Shown here one piece after another: positions 20,322-30,733 of a stretch of DNA of 64,000 bases. Where the stretch lies: NCBI GenBank assembly GCA_963835065.1, contig CAWIEK010000057.1, forward strand, positions 1-64,000. The letters run 5' to 3'. Under the pieces are notes generated by a model. That model searched no databases and had not been told where the DNA came from. It saw only the letters and a list, made by a program, of their open reading frames with translations. A program made the position numbers and the translations under genes. Numbering within the stretch: the first letter of the stretch is position 1; each line of letters starts with the position of its first letter. Origin of the DNA: an uncultured Chthonomonadaceae bacterium. Its GTDB lineage: Bacteria; Armatimonadota; Chthonomonadetes; Chthonomonadales; Chthonomonadaceae.

Positions 20322-21383
20322 TTACTTAACCGCTACGCGCTGTGCCAGGCGGGGCAGGTCGCGTACCACTTCCACGAGGAACCAGGGCGGCAGGTTGCGG
20401 GCGGAATCACCCATTTCTTCGGCTACCATCACCGTCGTCATTTCTACGCTGATGTCGCACAGGTCTACCAGGACGCGCTTGGCCTGCGTGACCATCTGGC
20501 GGTGGGCGGGGCGCACATCGTCGCGTTCCGGCGGCAGGGTTTTGGCGAGTTGGGCGCGAATGGACTGCACAATAAAGTAGAGTACGTCCCGGTCATCAGC
20601 GGCGCGGGGCAAAGCCTGTTCGCCACTCAGGATCTTTTCGATGCGCAATGTGCCCATCAACTGCTTGATGAACGCGCCGAAACTGCGGGCGTGGCTTGCG
20701 CTCAAACAGCCTGATGCCAGCATTTCGATCTCATCCGCGTTGACATCCGAACCGTAGGCAAGCAGGGCGTCGCTTAGAATGTGCCACGAGCGCGGTGTGC
20801 TGAACGTTTCCTCGGTTTTGGGCGGCTGCGCGGCCAGATGGTCGGGCCGAGTCTCGATGTAGCGGATAATCCACTCGTGAACGCCCTGCGCATACGCCCA
20901 ATCCAGCCAGTCGCGGGCAGTCGGCTTTAATTCGACGTGCAGCATCCGGTTCATCAGGGCGGACGACATGGGCTTGACAATCGCCTGATCCTGCGCCCGG
21001 TTACCGGCTCCGACAACAACCGAACCGGGCGGCAAATAATATTCGCCAAGCCGCCGGTCATTAATCAGGCTGTAGAACGCTTTCTGTACCTCGAACGAGC
21101 AGGCGTTGAGTTCGTCCACGAACAGCAGGTACGCATTGTCGCGGGCAATCATGCGGGGCGGGCAGAAAACGGAACGCCCGTCCTCAATGCGCGGTACGCC
21201 GATCAAGTCTTCGGGAGCCAGTTGCGAACCGAGCAGGGAAACGCAGTCCAGCCCAACATCCCGCGCGAACCGCTCGACAAGGGCCGATTTGCCGATCCCC
21301 GGCGGCCCCCAGATAAAGACCGGGCGCGTCATGGCGACATTGAGAAGCAGTTTGTTCAATTGAGGCGGTGTAATTACTTGCAT
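20322..21383 (-). CDS. MoxR-like AAA ATPase (partner of the DUF2201/vWA protein)
   Basis: PVFIWGPPGIGKS, LLFVDELN, VVGAGNR, SALMNR, TPRSW. Confidence 0.93.
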   Translation of the reverse strand: MQVITPPQLNKLLLNVAMTRPVFIWGPPGIGKSALVERFARDVGLDCVSLLGSQLAPEDLIGVPRIEDGRSVFCPPRMIARDNAYLLFVDELNACSFEVQKAFYSLINDRRLGEYYLPPGSVVVGAGNRAQDQAIVKPMSSALMNRMLHVELKPTARDWLDWAYAQGVHEWIIRYIETRPDHLAAQPPKTEETFSTPRSWHILSDALLAYGSDVNADEIEMLASGCLSASHARSFGAFIKQLMGTLRIEKILSGEQALPRAADDRDVLYFIVQSIRAQLAKTLPPERDDVRPAHRQMVTQAKRVLVDLCDISVEMTTVMVAEEMGDSARNLPPWFLVEVVRDLPRLAQRVAVK

Positions 21384-21667
21384 GGTTTCGTATCAAAAGC
21401 GTGTATGAAAAGCGTAAGCGGATGCTGCGTACAGCGCGACATGGGTATTCGCACTCTTTGACGGCAAGCGACGAGAATAAGTTGCATCGTGCCTGTGTCG
21501 TACCGGCATCTTGAATTGCTCAACATCTGTAAACCGAAAGACACTACAAGAAAGAAACCGCAACAATCGTCCTGAATTGCAACGTATCTTAAATTCAAAG
21601 AGGAGTTCAAGCCCCGTTTAACGAATAGGAAAGATGTGTGCTTCAGTCGGTGAAAGGATATTCTGCC

Positions 21668-23176
21668 ATGAAATACGCTTGCGGCCTGTTTGCCGCGCTA
21701 TTGCTGCTCGGCGCGAAGTCGGAATGGAGCGCTTTGTCCGCGCCTGCGCCCGCCAAATCCAACCCTGCCAGAACAACATCGGCTATCAAGCCCTTGGCGT
21801 TTGTCAGCAGGGCGGGTGGGACAAAAACGACGGTGAAAAAGGATGCCGCGCGATATGAGGCGAATTGGGCGTCGCTGGACACCCGGCCCATCCCGCAATG
21901 GTACAAGGACGCCAAGTTCGGTATTTTTATCCATTGGGGCGTGTACTCTGTGCCGTCGTGGGGCAAAAAGGGCACGTATGCCGAATGGTACTGGAACTAC
22001 CTGCACGATCCCAACAACCCCACGCGGCAGTTCCACGACCAAAATTATGGCAAGGATTTCCCCTACGAGAACTTCGCGCCGATGTTTAAGGCCGAACTGT
22101 TCAATCCGCAGCAGTGGGCGGACGTGTTTGCCCGCAGCGGCGCAAAATATGTTGCCCTGACTTCCAAGCACCACGAAGGGTTTTGCCTGTGGCCGAGCAA
22201 AGAATCAACGCGGGATTGGGGGCGGGCGTGGAACAGCGTGGACACCGGCCCGCACCGCGACCTTGCTGGCGATTTGAGCGCAGCCGTCCGCGCCAAGGGC
22301 CTGAAAATGGGCTTTTACTACTCGCTGTACGAGTGGTACAACCCGATTTATAAATCCGACTTTGCCCGCTTCCGGGACGAGCATTTTTTCCCGCAGTTCA
22401 AGGATTTAGTCACGCGCTACAAGCCCTCCATTATCTTTGCGGACGGCGAATGGGAACACACCTCTGCGGAATGGCACACGCCCGAACTGATGGCGTGGCT
22501 TTACAATGACAGCGGGGTTGGCGACGATGTGGTCATCAACGACCGGTGGGGCAACGACACGCGGGGCAAGCACGGCGGGTATTACACGACGGAATACGGC
22601 GGCTTTACCGACTTCAAGGCCGACGCCACCGCGCAGCACAAGTGGGAAGAAAACCGGGGCATCGGAGCCAGCTTCGGCTACAACCGCAACGAGGATTACG
22701 ACAACTACCGCAGTACGCCTGAATTGATACGGCTGCTCATCGGCATGGTCAGCCAGGGCGGAAACCTGCTGCTCGACATCGGCCCGACGGCGGACGGGCG
22801 CATCCCGGTCATTATGCAGGATCGGCTTATCGGCATGGGCGAATGGCTGAAAGTAAACGGCGAAGCGATCTATGGCACGTCGCCAAGTCCGTTCGGCAGC
22901 CAGAAATTCGATTGGGGCGCATGTACCGCCGGTCCGGGCAAAATCTACCTGCACCTGTACAAGCGTCCCGGCGACACGCTCGAACTGCCTGGCCTGCAAA
23001 ACAAGATTACATCTGCCTACTTTCTGGCCGATTCCGCGCGCAAAGCCATTCCGGTTAAAAAGTTGAAAACCGGCATTGCCCTGCACATGCCTGACCACCT
23101 GCCGGACAACGCCGCGTCCGTGCTTGTTCTCAACATAGAAGGCCAGCCCGACATCGTTTCTCAGGCGGCAAAGTAG
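21668..23176 (+). CDS. Alpha-L-fucosidase (GH29), secreted
   Basis: WYKDAKFGIFIHWGVYSVP, AEWY, TSKHHEGF, VVINDRW, GNLLLDIGP. Confidence 0.96.
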   Translation: MKYACGLFAALLLLGAKSEWSALSAPAPAKSNPARTTSAIKPLAFVSRAGGTKTTVKKDAARYEANWASLDTRPIPQWYKDAKFGIFIHWGVYSVPSWGKKGTYAEWYWNYLHDPNNPTRQFHDQNYGKDFPYENFAPMFKAELFNPQQWADVFARSGAKYVALTSKHHEGFCLWPSKESTRDWGRAWNSVDTGPHRDLAGDLSAAVRAKGLKMGFYYSLYEWYNPIYKSDFARFRDEHFFPQFKDLVTRYKPSIIFADGEWEHTSAEWHTPELMAWLYNDSGVGDDVVINDRWGNDTRGKHGGYYTTEYGGFTDFKADATAQHKWEENRGIGASFGYNRNEDYDNYRSTPELIRLLIGMVSQGGNLLLDIGPTADGRIPVIMQDRLIGMGEWLKVNGEAIYGTSPSPFGSQKFDWGACTAGPGKIYLHLYKRPGDTLELPGLQNKITSAYFLADSARKAIPVKKLKTGIALHMPDHLPDNAASVLVLNIEGQPDIVSQAAK

Positions 23177-23204
23177 CGCCAATGCCCATCTTCAGGGAGG
23201 CAAT

Positions 23205-23726
23205 ATGAATCTGTCAGATGAGATTGCCAAATTTCAGGGACTGCGCGACAGCGGAACGCTCACAGATGCCGAGTTCGCGCGGGCAAAAGCCCGTGTTCTC
23301 AACAACGAACAGGCCGCGCCACCCTATTCCGACGCGGCCTCTGAACGCCGCCTGATGCTCATCGAACTGCAAATCAGAATTACGCAGTCGGATCGTGAGT
23401 GGGAATTGGCGCGTGAAGGGTACATGGTTTCGAGCCGCTATGGTACTCGTTATATTCCCAGGCAAGGTGAAAGTGTGCTTGGCGGCGTTACTGTTGTCAT
23501 AATCGGCACATTCTGCTTGTTTATAGCAGTTTCAGCCGGTAAGATGGCCTCTTTTGCGCTTTTTGGCGTTGTTCTTATCGTGGCTGGCATCGCCAGTGGA
23601 ATTCGTAATTTCAGCAGGGCGAGTAAGTACCAGCAAGACGAAGCAGCCTATCAGCAACGTCGCGCGGCACTCGTGGCACAGCAGGAAGAATTGCAGCGAA
23701 GCGCGCGATTTGCGGCAAGTAGTTGA
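23205..23726 (+). CDS. SHOCT-domain 2-TM membrane protein
   Basis: DEIAKFQGLRDSGTLTDAEFARAKARVL SHOCT motif; two TM helices; GGGAGG RBS. Confidence 0.8.
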   Translation: MNLSDEIAKFQGLRDSGTLTDAEFARAKARVLNNEQAAPPYSDAASERRLMLIELQIRITQSDREWELAREGYMVSSRYGTRYIPRQGESVLGGVTVVIIGTFCLFIAVSAGKMASFALFGVVLIVAGIASGIRNFSRASKYQQDEAAYQQRRAALVAQQEELQRSARFAASS

Positions 23727-23806
23727 CGGGTATGCTCACAAGAATGGAAGAAATTAGTTTTACGGCTGATCGCTTTTGGTCAGACAGACAAGGAATACGA
23801 ACGAAT

Positions 23807-24091
23807 ATGCCTCATGCTAGATTTAGCGGCGAAGAAATAGTACGACGCGGTGAAGAATTGTACGCTCAAAACATTAGTTCTAAAGTTGAAACCGAAGAAA
23901 ACATCGGCAAGATTGTTTCGATTGATATTGAGACAGGCGAATATGCCGTAGACTCTGATCCGGTTGTAGCCGGATTGCGCGTACAAGCCAAACATCCTGA
24001 CGCTGCTATCTACGGCAAGCGCATCGGGTATAACGCCGCTTTCGCCCTCGGAGGTACACTAACAAGGACTATGCCTTTACTCAAGGTATAG
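23807..24091 (+). CDS. Small hypothetical protein (DUF5678-like)
   Basis: RRGEELY..GKIVSIDIETGEY..HPDA..RIG pattern. Confidence 0.7.
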   Translation: MPHARFSGEEIVRRGEELYAQNISSKVETEENIGKIVSIDIETGEYAVDSDPVVAGLRVQAKHPDAAIYGKRIGYNAAFALGGTLTRTMPLLKV

Positions 24092-24142
24092 CGCAGTAAT
24101 TATCGAAGATGTTTTTTCTTGAGGAGAATTGAGGAGGACAGG

Positions 24143-24871
24143 ATGCGCTCACGTTTTTCACGCCGCGAATTTACGCAGATTTCCGGGACGGCGCTGCTGA
24201 GTTGGACGCTTGGCAACGCCGAGGCTGCCGCTTACGGGCAGACGCCGCCCGCGCCCCGCCCGCAACCGCGCATGAGCGCCGACGACGCGCTGAAAGAGAT
24301 GATGGACGGCAACGCTCGCTTTGTCAAAGGCGAACTGCGGCATCCCCGCGCCCGCCCCGAAGATTTCAAAGCGGTTGCGGCGGGCCAGAAGCCCATCGCG
24401 GCCCTTATCGGCTGCGCGGATTCGCGCGTTCCGCCGGAAATTCTGTTCGATCAGGGCATTGGCGACCTGTTTGTGATCCGGGTGGCCGGCAATGTCGTCA
24501 ACAGCGCGGGAGCTGTCATTAAAGCCAGCATCGAATTCGCGGTAGAGCAGGTCGGCGTCCCGCTGATCGTAATTCTGGGGCACAGCAAATGCGCGGCGGT
24601 ACGCGCTGCCGTACAGTATCGGCATGACCGGCACAGCCTGCCGGGTTCCATCACCAGTCTGGTTCACATGATCGAGCCGGCGGTCATCAAAGTGGAACAC
24701 GAGACGGGCGACCTGCTGGAAAATTCTATTCGCGCCAATGTTCAGTTGGGCATGGAGCAGTTGCGCAATCTGAAGCCCCTTGTCTCGGAGCATGTCCGGC
24801 TGGGGCATGTCAAGATCGCCGGCGCGGTCTACGATCTGGAAACCGGCAAAGCGAACATGGTGACGGGATGA
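24143..24871 (+). CDS. Beta-class carbonic anhydrase with Tat signal
   Basis: SRREF twin-arginine; GCADSRVPPE, RVAGN, GHSKC zinc ligands. Confidence 0.95.
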   Translation: MRSRFSRREFTQISGTALLSWTLGNAEAAAYGQTPPAPRPQPRMSADDALKEMMDGNARFVKGELRHPRARPEDFKAVAAGQKPIAALIGCADSRVPPEILFDQGIGDLFVIRVAGNVVNSAGAVIKASIEFAVEQVGVPLIVILGHSKCAAVRAAVQYRHDRHSLPGSITSLVHMIEPAVIKVEHETGDLLENSIRANVQLGMEQLRNLKPLVSEHVRLGHVKIAGAVYDLETGKANMVTG

Positions 24872-26037
24872 CAACCGGTTTGAATTCGTATTCGCGCAAG
24901 TGTCTTTGCCTGCGGGCGCTGCTGTCGCTTTTTGTGTTGTGCGGGCTGCTTTGCGCCACGTCGCAAGCGCAGGCGCAGGCTTCCCGCGCCTGGCCTGTGG
25001 CAAAGGCGAATGACTGGCAGCAAAAGCATGGCTGGCTGGTTGGCTGTAATTTCTCCCCTGCCTATGCCATCAACCAACTGGAAATGTGGCAGCCGGAAAC
25101 GTTCGACTTGAAGGCCATCGACCACGAACTGGATTTGGCCGAAGGGTTGGGCTTCAATTCCGTCCGCGTGTTTCTGCATGATCTGCTGTGGCAGCAGGAT
25201 GAGCGCGGCTTCCTGAACCGCATGGACAAATTTCTTGCCGCTGCGGACAAACACCATATCGGCGTGATGTTCGTGCTGCTCGACGCCTGCTGGAACCCGT
25301 TTCCCAAAATCGGAAAGCAGCCCGAACCCCGCCCGCATGTCCATAATTCCGGGTGGGTGCAGTCGCCGGGGCAAACCATTCTCAGCGCTCCCGCCCGCTA
25401 TGAGGAACTCAAGCCCTACATCACGGGCGTCTTGCGCCGATTTCGCAATGACCGGCGCGTACACGCCTGGGACTTGTTCAACGAGCCGGATAACGATACG
25501 GGCGCGGCGTACAAGAACATCGAAATAACAGACAAGCCGCAAAAGGCGCTTGCCCTGCTGCAAAAAGTCGTAGGGTGGGCGCGGGACGTAAAGCCCTCGC
25601 AGCCGCTGACCATTGACGTATGGTACGGCGAATGGGGCGTGGGGGCAAAACTGAACCCGATGCAGAAGTTCTCGCTGGACAACTCCGACGTGATCAGTTT
25701 TCACAGTTACGGCAGCGCGGACGAACTTATAAAGCGCATTGCGGAACTGCGGCATTACAATCGCCCCATTCTTTGCACCGAATACATGGCGCGTCCGCAA
25801 GGCAGCGCGTTCGATCCGCATCTGGCTCTGATGAAAGCGCAGCGCGTGGCCGCTTACAACTGGGGCTTCGTGTCCGGCAAAACGCAAACCATCTATCCCT
25901 GGGACTCGTGGACGCGGACATATACCGAAGAGCCGCCCGTCTGGTTCCACGACATCTTCCGCCCGGACGGCAGCCCCTATCGCCCCGAAGAAGTCACCTA
26001 CATTCGCCGCACAACGGGCAAAGCGGAAACGCCTTGA
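24868..26037 (+). CDS. Secreted GH5-like (clan GH-A) glycoside hydrolase
   Basis: AINQLEMWQ, VRVFLH, WDLFNEP acid/base, ISFHSY, CTEY nucleophile. Confidence 0.9.
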   Translation: MTTGLNSYSRKCLCLRALLSLFVLCGLLCATSQAQAQASRAWPVAKANDWQQKHGWLVGCNFSPAYAINQLEMWQPETFDLKAIDHELDLAEGLGFNSVRVFLHDLLWQQDERGFLNRMDKFLAAADKHHIGVMFVLLDACWNPFPKIGKQPEPRPHVHNSGWVQSPGQTILSAPARYEELKPYITGVLRRFRNDRRVHAWDLFNEPDNDTGAAYKNIEITDKPQKALALLQKVVGWARDVKPSQPLTIDVWYGEWGVGAKLNPMQKFSLDNSDVISFHSYGSADELIKRIAELRHYNRPILCTEYMARPQGSAFDPHLALMKAQRVAAYNWGFVSGKTQTIYPWDSWTRTYTEEPPVWFHDIFRPDGSPYRPEEVTYIRRTTGKAETP

Positions 26038-26048
26038 TCAAGAAAACG

Positions 26049-26582
26049 CTATTCTCCCGCCGTTCCCATTGGCTTGCCGGGAGAAGGGTGTGTTGTCGGC
26101 GTATCAGCGCGGGCGCTGCGGATTAATGCCCCGCCGATGAGAATAAAAATCACGCCGGAAAGCAGAAACGCATAGTCGGCGATGGACAATCCCATTCGCT
26201 CAATGACATGGTGAAGCTGGAGAAGGTGATGGTCAATAAGGCCCTCCACAAGATTGAATATGCCCCACCCCAGTATCATGCCGCCACTCAGGGTACGTCC
26301 TGACCAGGGCACTTCCGGTTTTTGCCCCGCCCGCCACAGCATTGCCAGCCCCAGCATCACCGTCAGCCAGCAAAAGGCATGAAAAATACCGTCCCAAACC
26401 ATGTTGATTTCCACGTTCGCTAACGTGGTTCGTACCACTTTGGCGGACAGCATGTTATGAAGTTGCAAAATCTGATGAAACACAATGCCATCCACAAAGC
26501 CGCCCATGCCGATGCCGAGAAATGTGGCGGCAGCCGTAAGCGGGCGGAAATTCACTTCTGCGTTAATCGTTCCTTCTGGCAA
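26049..26582 (-). CDS. DUF2243 membrane protein
   Basis: GIGMGGFVDGIVFHQILQLHNM, WDGIFH, GWGIFNLVEGLIDHH. Confidence 0.9.
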   Translation of the reverse strand: MPEGTINAEVNFRPLTAAATFLGIGMGGFVDGIVFHQILQLHNMLSAKVVRTTLANVEINMVWDGIFHAFCWLTVMLGLAMLWRAGQKPEVPWSGRTLSGGMILGWGIFNLVEGLIDHHLLQLHHVIERMGLSIADYAFLLSGVIFILIGGALIRSARADTPTTHPSPGKPMGTAGE

Positions 26583-26630
26583 TGCGTTCCTCTTTCAAAA
26601 GTATTCATCGAACATGCGAGTTCATAGTAA

Positions 26631-27779
26631 AAGCGGCTTGCGTAATTGGTGATCTGGCTCCGCGATGCGTGTTGTGTCCCATTTTTTACTCTGTGGCTTG
26701 CCAGACACCATTGTTCCTTGCCCTTATGTACTTTTAAGCAACCAGTTCCATCTGTCCAGTTTGCCGGAAGTTGAGCAACCCGGCAATGACACAGAAGACG
26801 CTTTCATGGTCGTCGAACTTGCCGCGCCACACTTGGGCCATACTCTGCCACTTCTTGAGCCGGGCAAAATGATGCTCCACGTAAATGCGTTGGGTGGAGA
26901 GCATGTAATTATAAGCGCGTTCGAGGATGTTCTGCTCTTGATTGCGCGGCTTTTTGATCGGCTGCTGCACGTCCAGCTCAGGATGCGCGGTGTCCGTGCC
27001 TTCATAGCCTTTGTCCAGACGCACTTTGAGGCCGGAAGGCATCTGCGGCAGAACGCCCGAAGCGCGCAGCACGGTCATGTCGCTAATACAACCGGGCAAG
27101 CCGCCGAAGACATGGAGAATGCTCGTCTTGGTAGCGACAATCTGGGTCTTGACGGTATGGTCTTGCTGTTTGCCACTATACGCCAGTTTGCGCTTGAGTT
27201 TGTCCGTCGGCTGTGGAATGGATTGCTCCGTGGCGTCGAGAAGCACTTCCTTGATCTCGGGATACGCGGCCAAGAGTTCTTCGAGAGTGCCAATGCGCTT
27301 GCGCCGCTTCTGTGTGCCCGCGTGGTCGGCAGAAGGCTGCCCGCTGGGGAGGGGTGACGTGTCGGCAGGTGTGTCGCTTGCCAGATCACGTAGGGGCGCA
27401 TCCCGCAAAGGTGTGGGCAGCACTTCCTGCAAGATCGGCAGCAAGCGCTCGTGCAATTCGCGGCTGATGTTGCTCTCGTCCAAGTCAAAGAGGTAGCCGA
27501 GCAAACTCTGCCCGACGTACAAACGCAGGTACATCAGTCCCATCAGCAGCCGTTCGGGCAACGCGAGGCGAAACGGATGCCCGGAGGTGAGCGCGCCGTG
27601 ACGCTGCGGACGTTGCCGCTTGGCGAGTTCCATGGCTTCATACGCCGGAGCGACTTGGGCGAGGAGCGTGTCGAACTCCGCGACGCACAGACCCGTGAAT
27701 GCCTGAAAGTGGCGCGGCTTGCGCCGTAACTTGGTTAAGGTAAGCATAGGCTGATTTTACCCTATTACGCAAGAGGCTT
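26631..27779 (-). mobile_element. IS5-family (ISL2-like) insertion sequence, 1149 bp
   Basis: TIRs AAGCGGCTTGCGTAAT / ATTACGCAAGAGGCTT (14/16 match); TAA direct repeat at 26628-26630 and 27780-27782. Confidence 0.9.
26734..27747 (-). CDS. DDE transposase (HTH_Tnp_4 + DDE_Tnp_4)
   Basis: FQAFTGL, LLDATEQ, YSGK, DKGYEG, RIYVEHHFARLK. Confidence 0.95.
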   Translation of the reverse strand: MLTLTKLRRKPRHFQAFTGLCVAEFDTLLAQVAPAYEAMELAKRQRPQRHGALTSGHPFRLALPERLLMGLMYLRLYVGQSLLGYLFDLDESNISRELHERLLPILQEVLPTPLRDAPLRDLASDTPADTSPLPSGQPSADHAGTQKRRKRIGTLEELLAAYPEIKEVLLDATEQSIPQPTDKLKRKLAYSGKQQDHTVKTQIVATKTSILHVFGGLPGCISDMTVLRASGVLPQMPSGLKVRLDKGYEGTDTAHPELDVQQPIKKPRNQEQNILERAYNYMLSTQRIYVEHHFARLKKWQSMAQVWRGKFDDHESVFCVIAGLLNFRQTGQMELVA

Positions 27780-27800
27780 TAAGTTGACAAGGAGTTAGGG

Positions 27801-28049
27801 TTAATCAAGAATGACGGGAAACGAGGAGCGCTTTCGCGTCGGGAGGCCATAGTACAGCAAGGCTCCAATCAGCAGGCAGACGGGAAATGGCGCGAGGACG
27901 AGGAACAGATTGACGCCGAAATGTCGGTTGAAAACGCCTTCGCGCACCAGTTTGCCGCTTGCCGTATCGCAAAGCGGGCAGGCAAGCGCGGGCGCTGCTG
28001 AAAGGCCCAAGCAAAGCAAAAAAGAAGTAAGCCGCCAGAGCAGGCGCAT
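27801..28049 (-). CDS. Small exported/membrane protein with CxxC
   Basis: AGGAGG RBS; signal peptide ending ALA then CPLC; C-terminal TM. Confidence 0.75.
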   Translation of the reverse strand: MRLLWRLTSFLLCLGLSAAPALACPLCDTASGKLVREGVFNRHFGVNLFLVLAPFPVCLLIGALLYYGLPTRKRSSFPVILD

Positions 28050-28172
28050 TGTTTCCTCCTGAATGGGCATATTCTAGGGTTACGCGCAACAAATGTTAAT
28101 CGTTCGGAAGGAGTTTCCCCCTATCGGTGTTAATACTAACTTAATGATTTTAACATTAGAAGGAGGAGCGAC

Positions 28173-29791
28173 ATGAAGGATAAGACGGCTAAGACGGAAA
28201 CGCGCCCCGCGAAAAGGAAAGGAAGCGGCAAGGCGCAGGAGAACGGCGCGAAACATAATACCATTCACATACCTGACGCGCAGGAGACTGGCGCAAACAA
28301 CAACGCGACTACAATGAAATCCGGCAATACAATGCCATCCGCCAATACTGCGGAAACTGCGAATATCGTGGAAACCCCAAACGTGTCTGCGCCCGAAACC
28401 GCGTCCCCGCCTGTCGTTTCCTGCGCGGAAAATGGCGTTTGGAGGGAGCGCCGGAGTTCCTGCCCTGTCCTGACCCGAACTCCGCAGAAGCGTTTACACT
28501 CGCCCTGGCGGATGTCGCCACGCCGCGCCCCAATGCCAACAAGAACGTCCTGACGTTTCATGCCGTCGGCTGTTCCGCCAACTTTGAAGAGCATACCGCA
28601 CAGCAGGCTGTCGCCGCCGCCATGACCACGCAGTTGACCGACCCGACAAGCGGCCATATCAACACGCCTGCCGTGCCTGCCTCGTTTCTCTATCTGCTGG
28701 GCGATGTGGTATATAAGCCAACCGAGCAGATGAAGTACGATCAGGGCAACATGTACCACGAGCAGTTTTATACGCCGTTTTCCGCGTACAACCGCCCGAT
28801 TTTCGCCATTGCGGGCAACCACGACGGCAAAATCCATTTCAAGGACGGCAACCCGGCAAACCAGAGCGCCGCGAATGTGGACAATCCGAAAACCGCGCTG
28901 ACCCATTTCTTCAAGAACTTTTGCAGTTACGGCATTGCGCGGGGCAGCAAATCCCCGGACAACGCTGTGGACAACCGCCCCGCCATGATTCAGCCCTATA
29001 TCTACTGGCGGCTGGAAACCGAGCAGGCCAGCATCGTCGGGCTTTACACCAATGTGGCGAACGGGGGAATTCTGGACGATCCGACAAGTACGCTCAGTTT
29101 AGACGATCCGAATTATGAGCAGCGCGCCCCGCAGTATCGCTGGCTCGTCCGTCAGTTGAAAGACATTCGGGCGCGAAACGACGCCCGCCAGAAGCAGGGA
29201 CAGGAGCCAAAAGCGGTTCTGCTGACCGTACACTATCCGCCATACTCCTACACGGCGAATTTTGGAGTGCGGGGCGATCCGAAACTGGCAAACGTCGTGA
29301 ATCCAGGCAACGCGACCCCGCCGCCCCATGCCGACAACGCCGCGCCCTTGGCGAACGTGCTGGAAAAAGCGTTCGATTCCGCCAAACAATGGCCGGACGT
29401 TCTCCTGTCGGCGCATGTCCATTCCTATCAGCGCCTGACGTACCGATATGCGCTCAAGGACGGCAGCCGGGCAATGCCCTGTTTGATTGTGGGGGGTGGC
29501 GGGCATACTATCGAAGGCATGGGAACGCCGTGTAATCAGCCCGAAGGAGCGGAAGAAGTGCGCTGGACGCCCGCGCATAAAGACCCCGCCGCCATTCCAA
29601 TGCAGCCGCCACCCGGCCTGACGATACGCGGGCATCTGACGCTGGAAGATTACAACGACGCCAAGTTTGGCTTCCTGCGCGTAACCATTGCGGGGCGCAA
29701 ACTTACGGGCGAGTATTTCACCGCCTACACCGGCCCGCTAAAATGCGTAGACCACTTCACCCTCGACCTGAACTCCCACCAGATTACCTAA
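28173..29791 (+). CDS. Calcineurin-like metallophosphoesterase; probable 1-nt indel near 28430 joins a low-complexity N-terminus
   Basis: YLLGDVVY, AIAGNHDG, VHYPPYS, LSAHVHSYQR, FGFLRV; strong AGGAGG RBS only at 28173. Confidence 0.8.
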
Positions 29792-29802
29792 AGCCTACAT
29801 TG

Positions 29803-29848
29803 CCCCTCAACCCCTAACCCCTTCTCCCAAAAAGCGTGGGAGAAGGGA
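29803..29848. repeat. REP-like hairpin (CCCCTCAACCCC leader, CCCTTCTCCC..GGGAGAAGGG stem)
   Basis: Related element in the opposite orientation at 58161-58212. Confidence 0.65.
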
Positions 29849-29855
29849 AACCAGA

Positions 29856-29929
29856 TCAATCTTGCAGCAGCCTGCTGCAAGATTGACGCCACCCAGACAT
29901 CTAATTGTGCAACAGCCTGTTGCACAATT
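29856..29929. repeat. Two tandem palindromes with a CAG-C-CTG core
   Basis: TCAATCTTGCAGCAG-C-CTGCTGCAAGATTGA and AATTGTGCAACAG-C-CTGTTGCACAATT, 45 nt apart. Confidence 0.85.
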
Positions 29930-29962
29930 GAGGCGATGAAGGATTTAGTTTCTCACTGTTTA

Positions 29963-30575
29963 TCAGGGTTTGAGCAGGAAGCCGTCAATGCCGACGTAGT
30001 AGCCGTTGGAACGCGCATCCTTGCCCGTGATTTCCAGTTCGATTTCGTTTGCGCCGGTTCGGAGGGTGACGCGGCCAAGCGACAAGGGACCAGAAGTTTT
30101 TACGCCGGGGGAATAGCCGTCGAAGTCGCGCAGGGTTCTGCCGTTGACGCGGATGCGGTACTGCCCGTAATCCGTCGCCTGCGTGAAATAGCCGACCAGT
30201 TCATACTCCTTGGTTTCGGGCGCGTTCAGTTTCAACGTCAGTTTCGCGCCCGGTGTCTTAGGCGTCCAGAATAAATGCGCGTCGCCGCTCCATTCGTCCG
30301 GCTGATCGCCTACGTCCTGAGCGGCAACCGCGCCTTCCGTCGCTTTCGCGCTTGCAACCAAACTTTCGCCTTCGATGATGCCGGGAAACTCGCTGCCCGT
30401 GCCCCGTATGGACGCCTGCTCTTCGCCGTCCACGTAAATGTACTCATCCCCTTCCAGAAAGCCAAGCCCGTGCCCCTTCATGCGCTGCATTTCCAACAGC
30501 GTGCCGACGTACTGCCTCCTGCCGGTCGTTTCCAGAACGGGAACCGGCTTGCCTTTTTCCGCGCGTGACCGCCGG
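29963..30575 (-). pseudogene. DUF2961 (GH172-like) gene remnant, 5'-truncated with an internal deletion
   Basis: QYVGT..FLEGDEYIYVDGE..GTGSE jumps directly to a C-terminal beta domain (IEGESL..WSG..DYG..VGID); no start or RBS. Confidence 0.65.
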
Positions 30576-30733
30576 AACTACTTGGTAAACTATTTTACTG
30601 CAAGCGTTGAAAATTCCCGGCAGGGCAAAACAAGCGCTCTGCGGACGCGATACTGTTATCTGAATGGTGCGTCCGCAGGACGCTTGCACTTTTGTGCCGG
30701 GGATTTTCAATACCCGGGTATTTGGAACAGGCT

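Noticed and set aside
1678..25950. Long antisense ORFs (1678-2742, 3775-5274, 10315-11322, 14927-15865, 24829-25950 and similar)
   Set aside because: They are shadows of GC-rich coding strands with no recognisable motifs.
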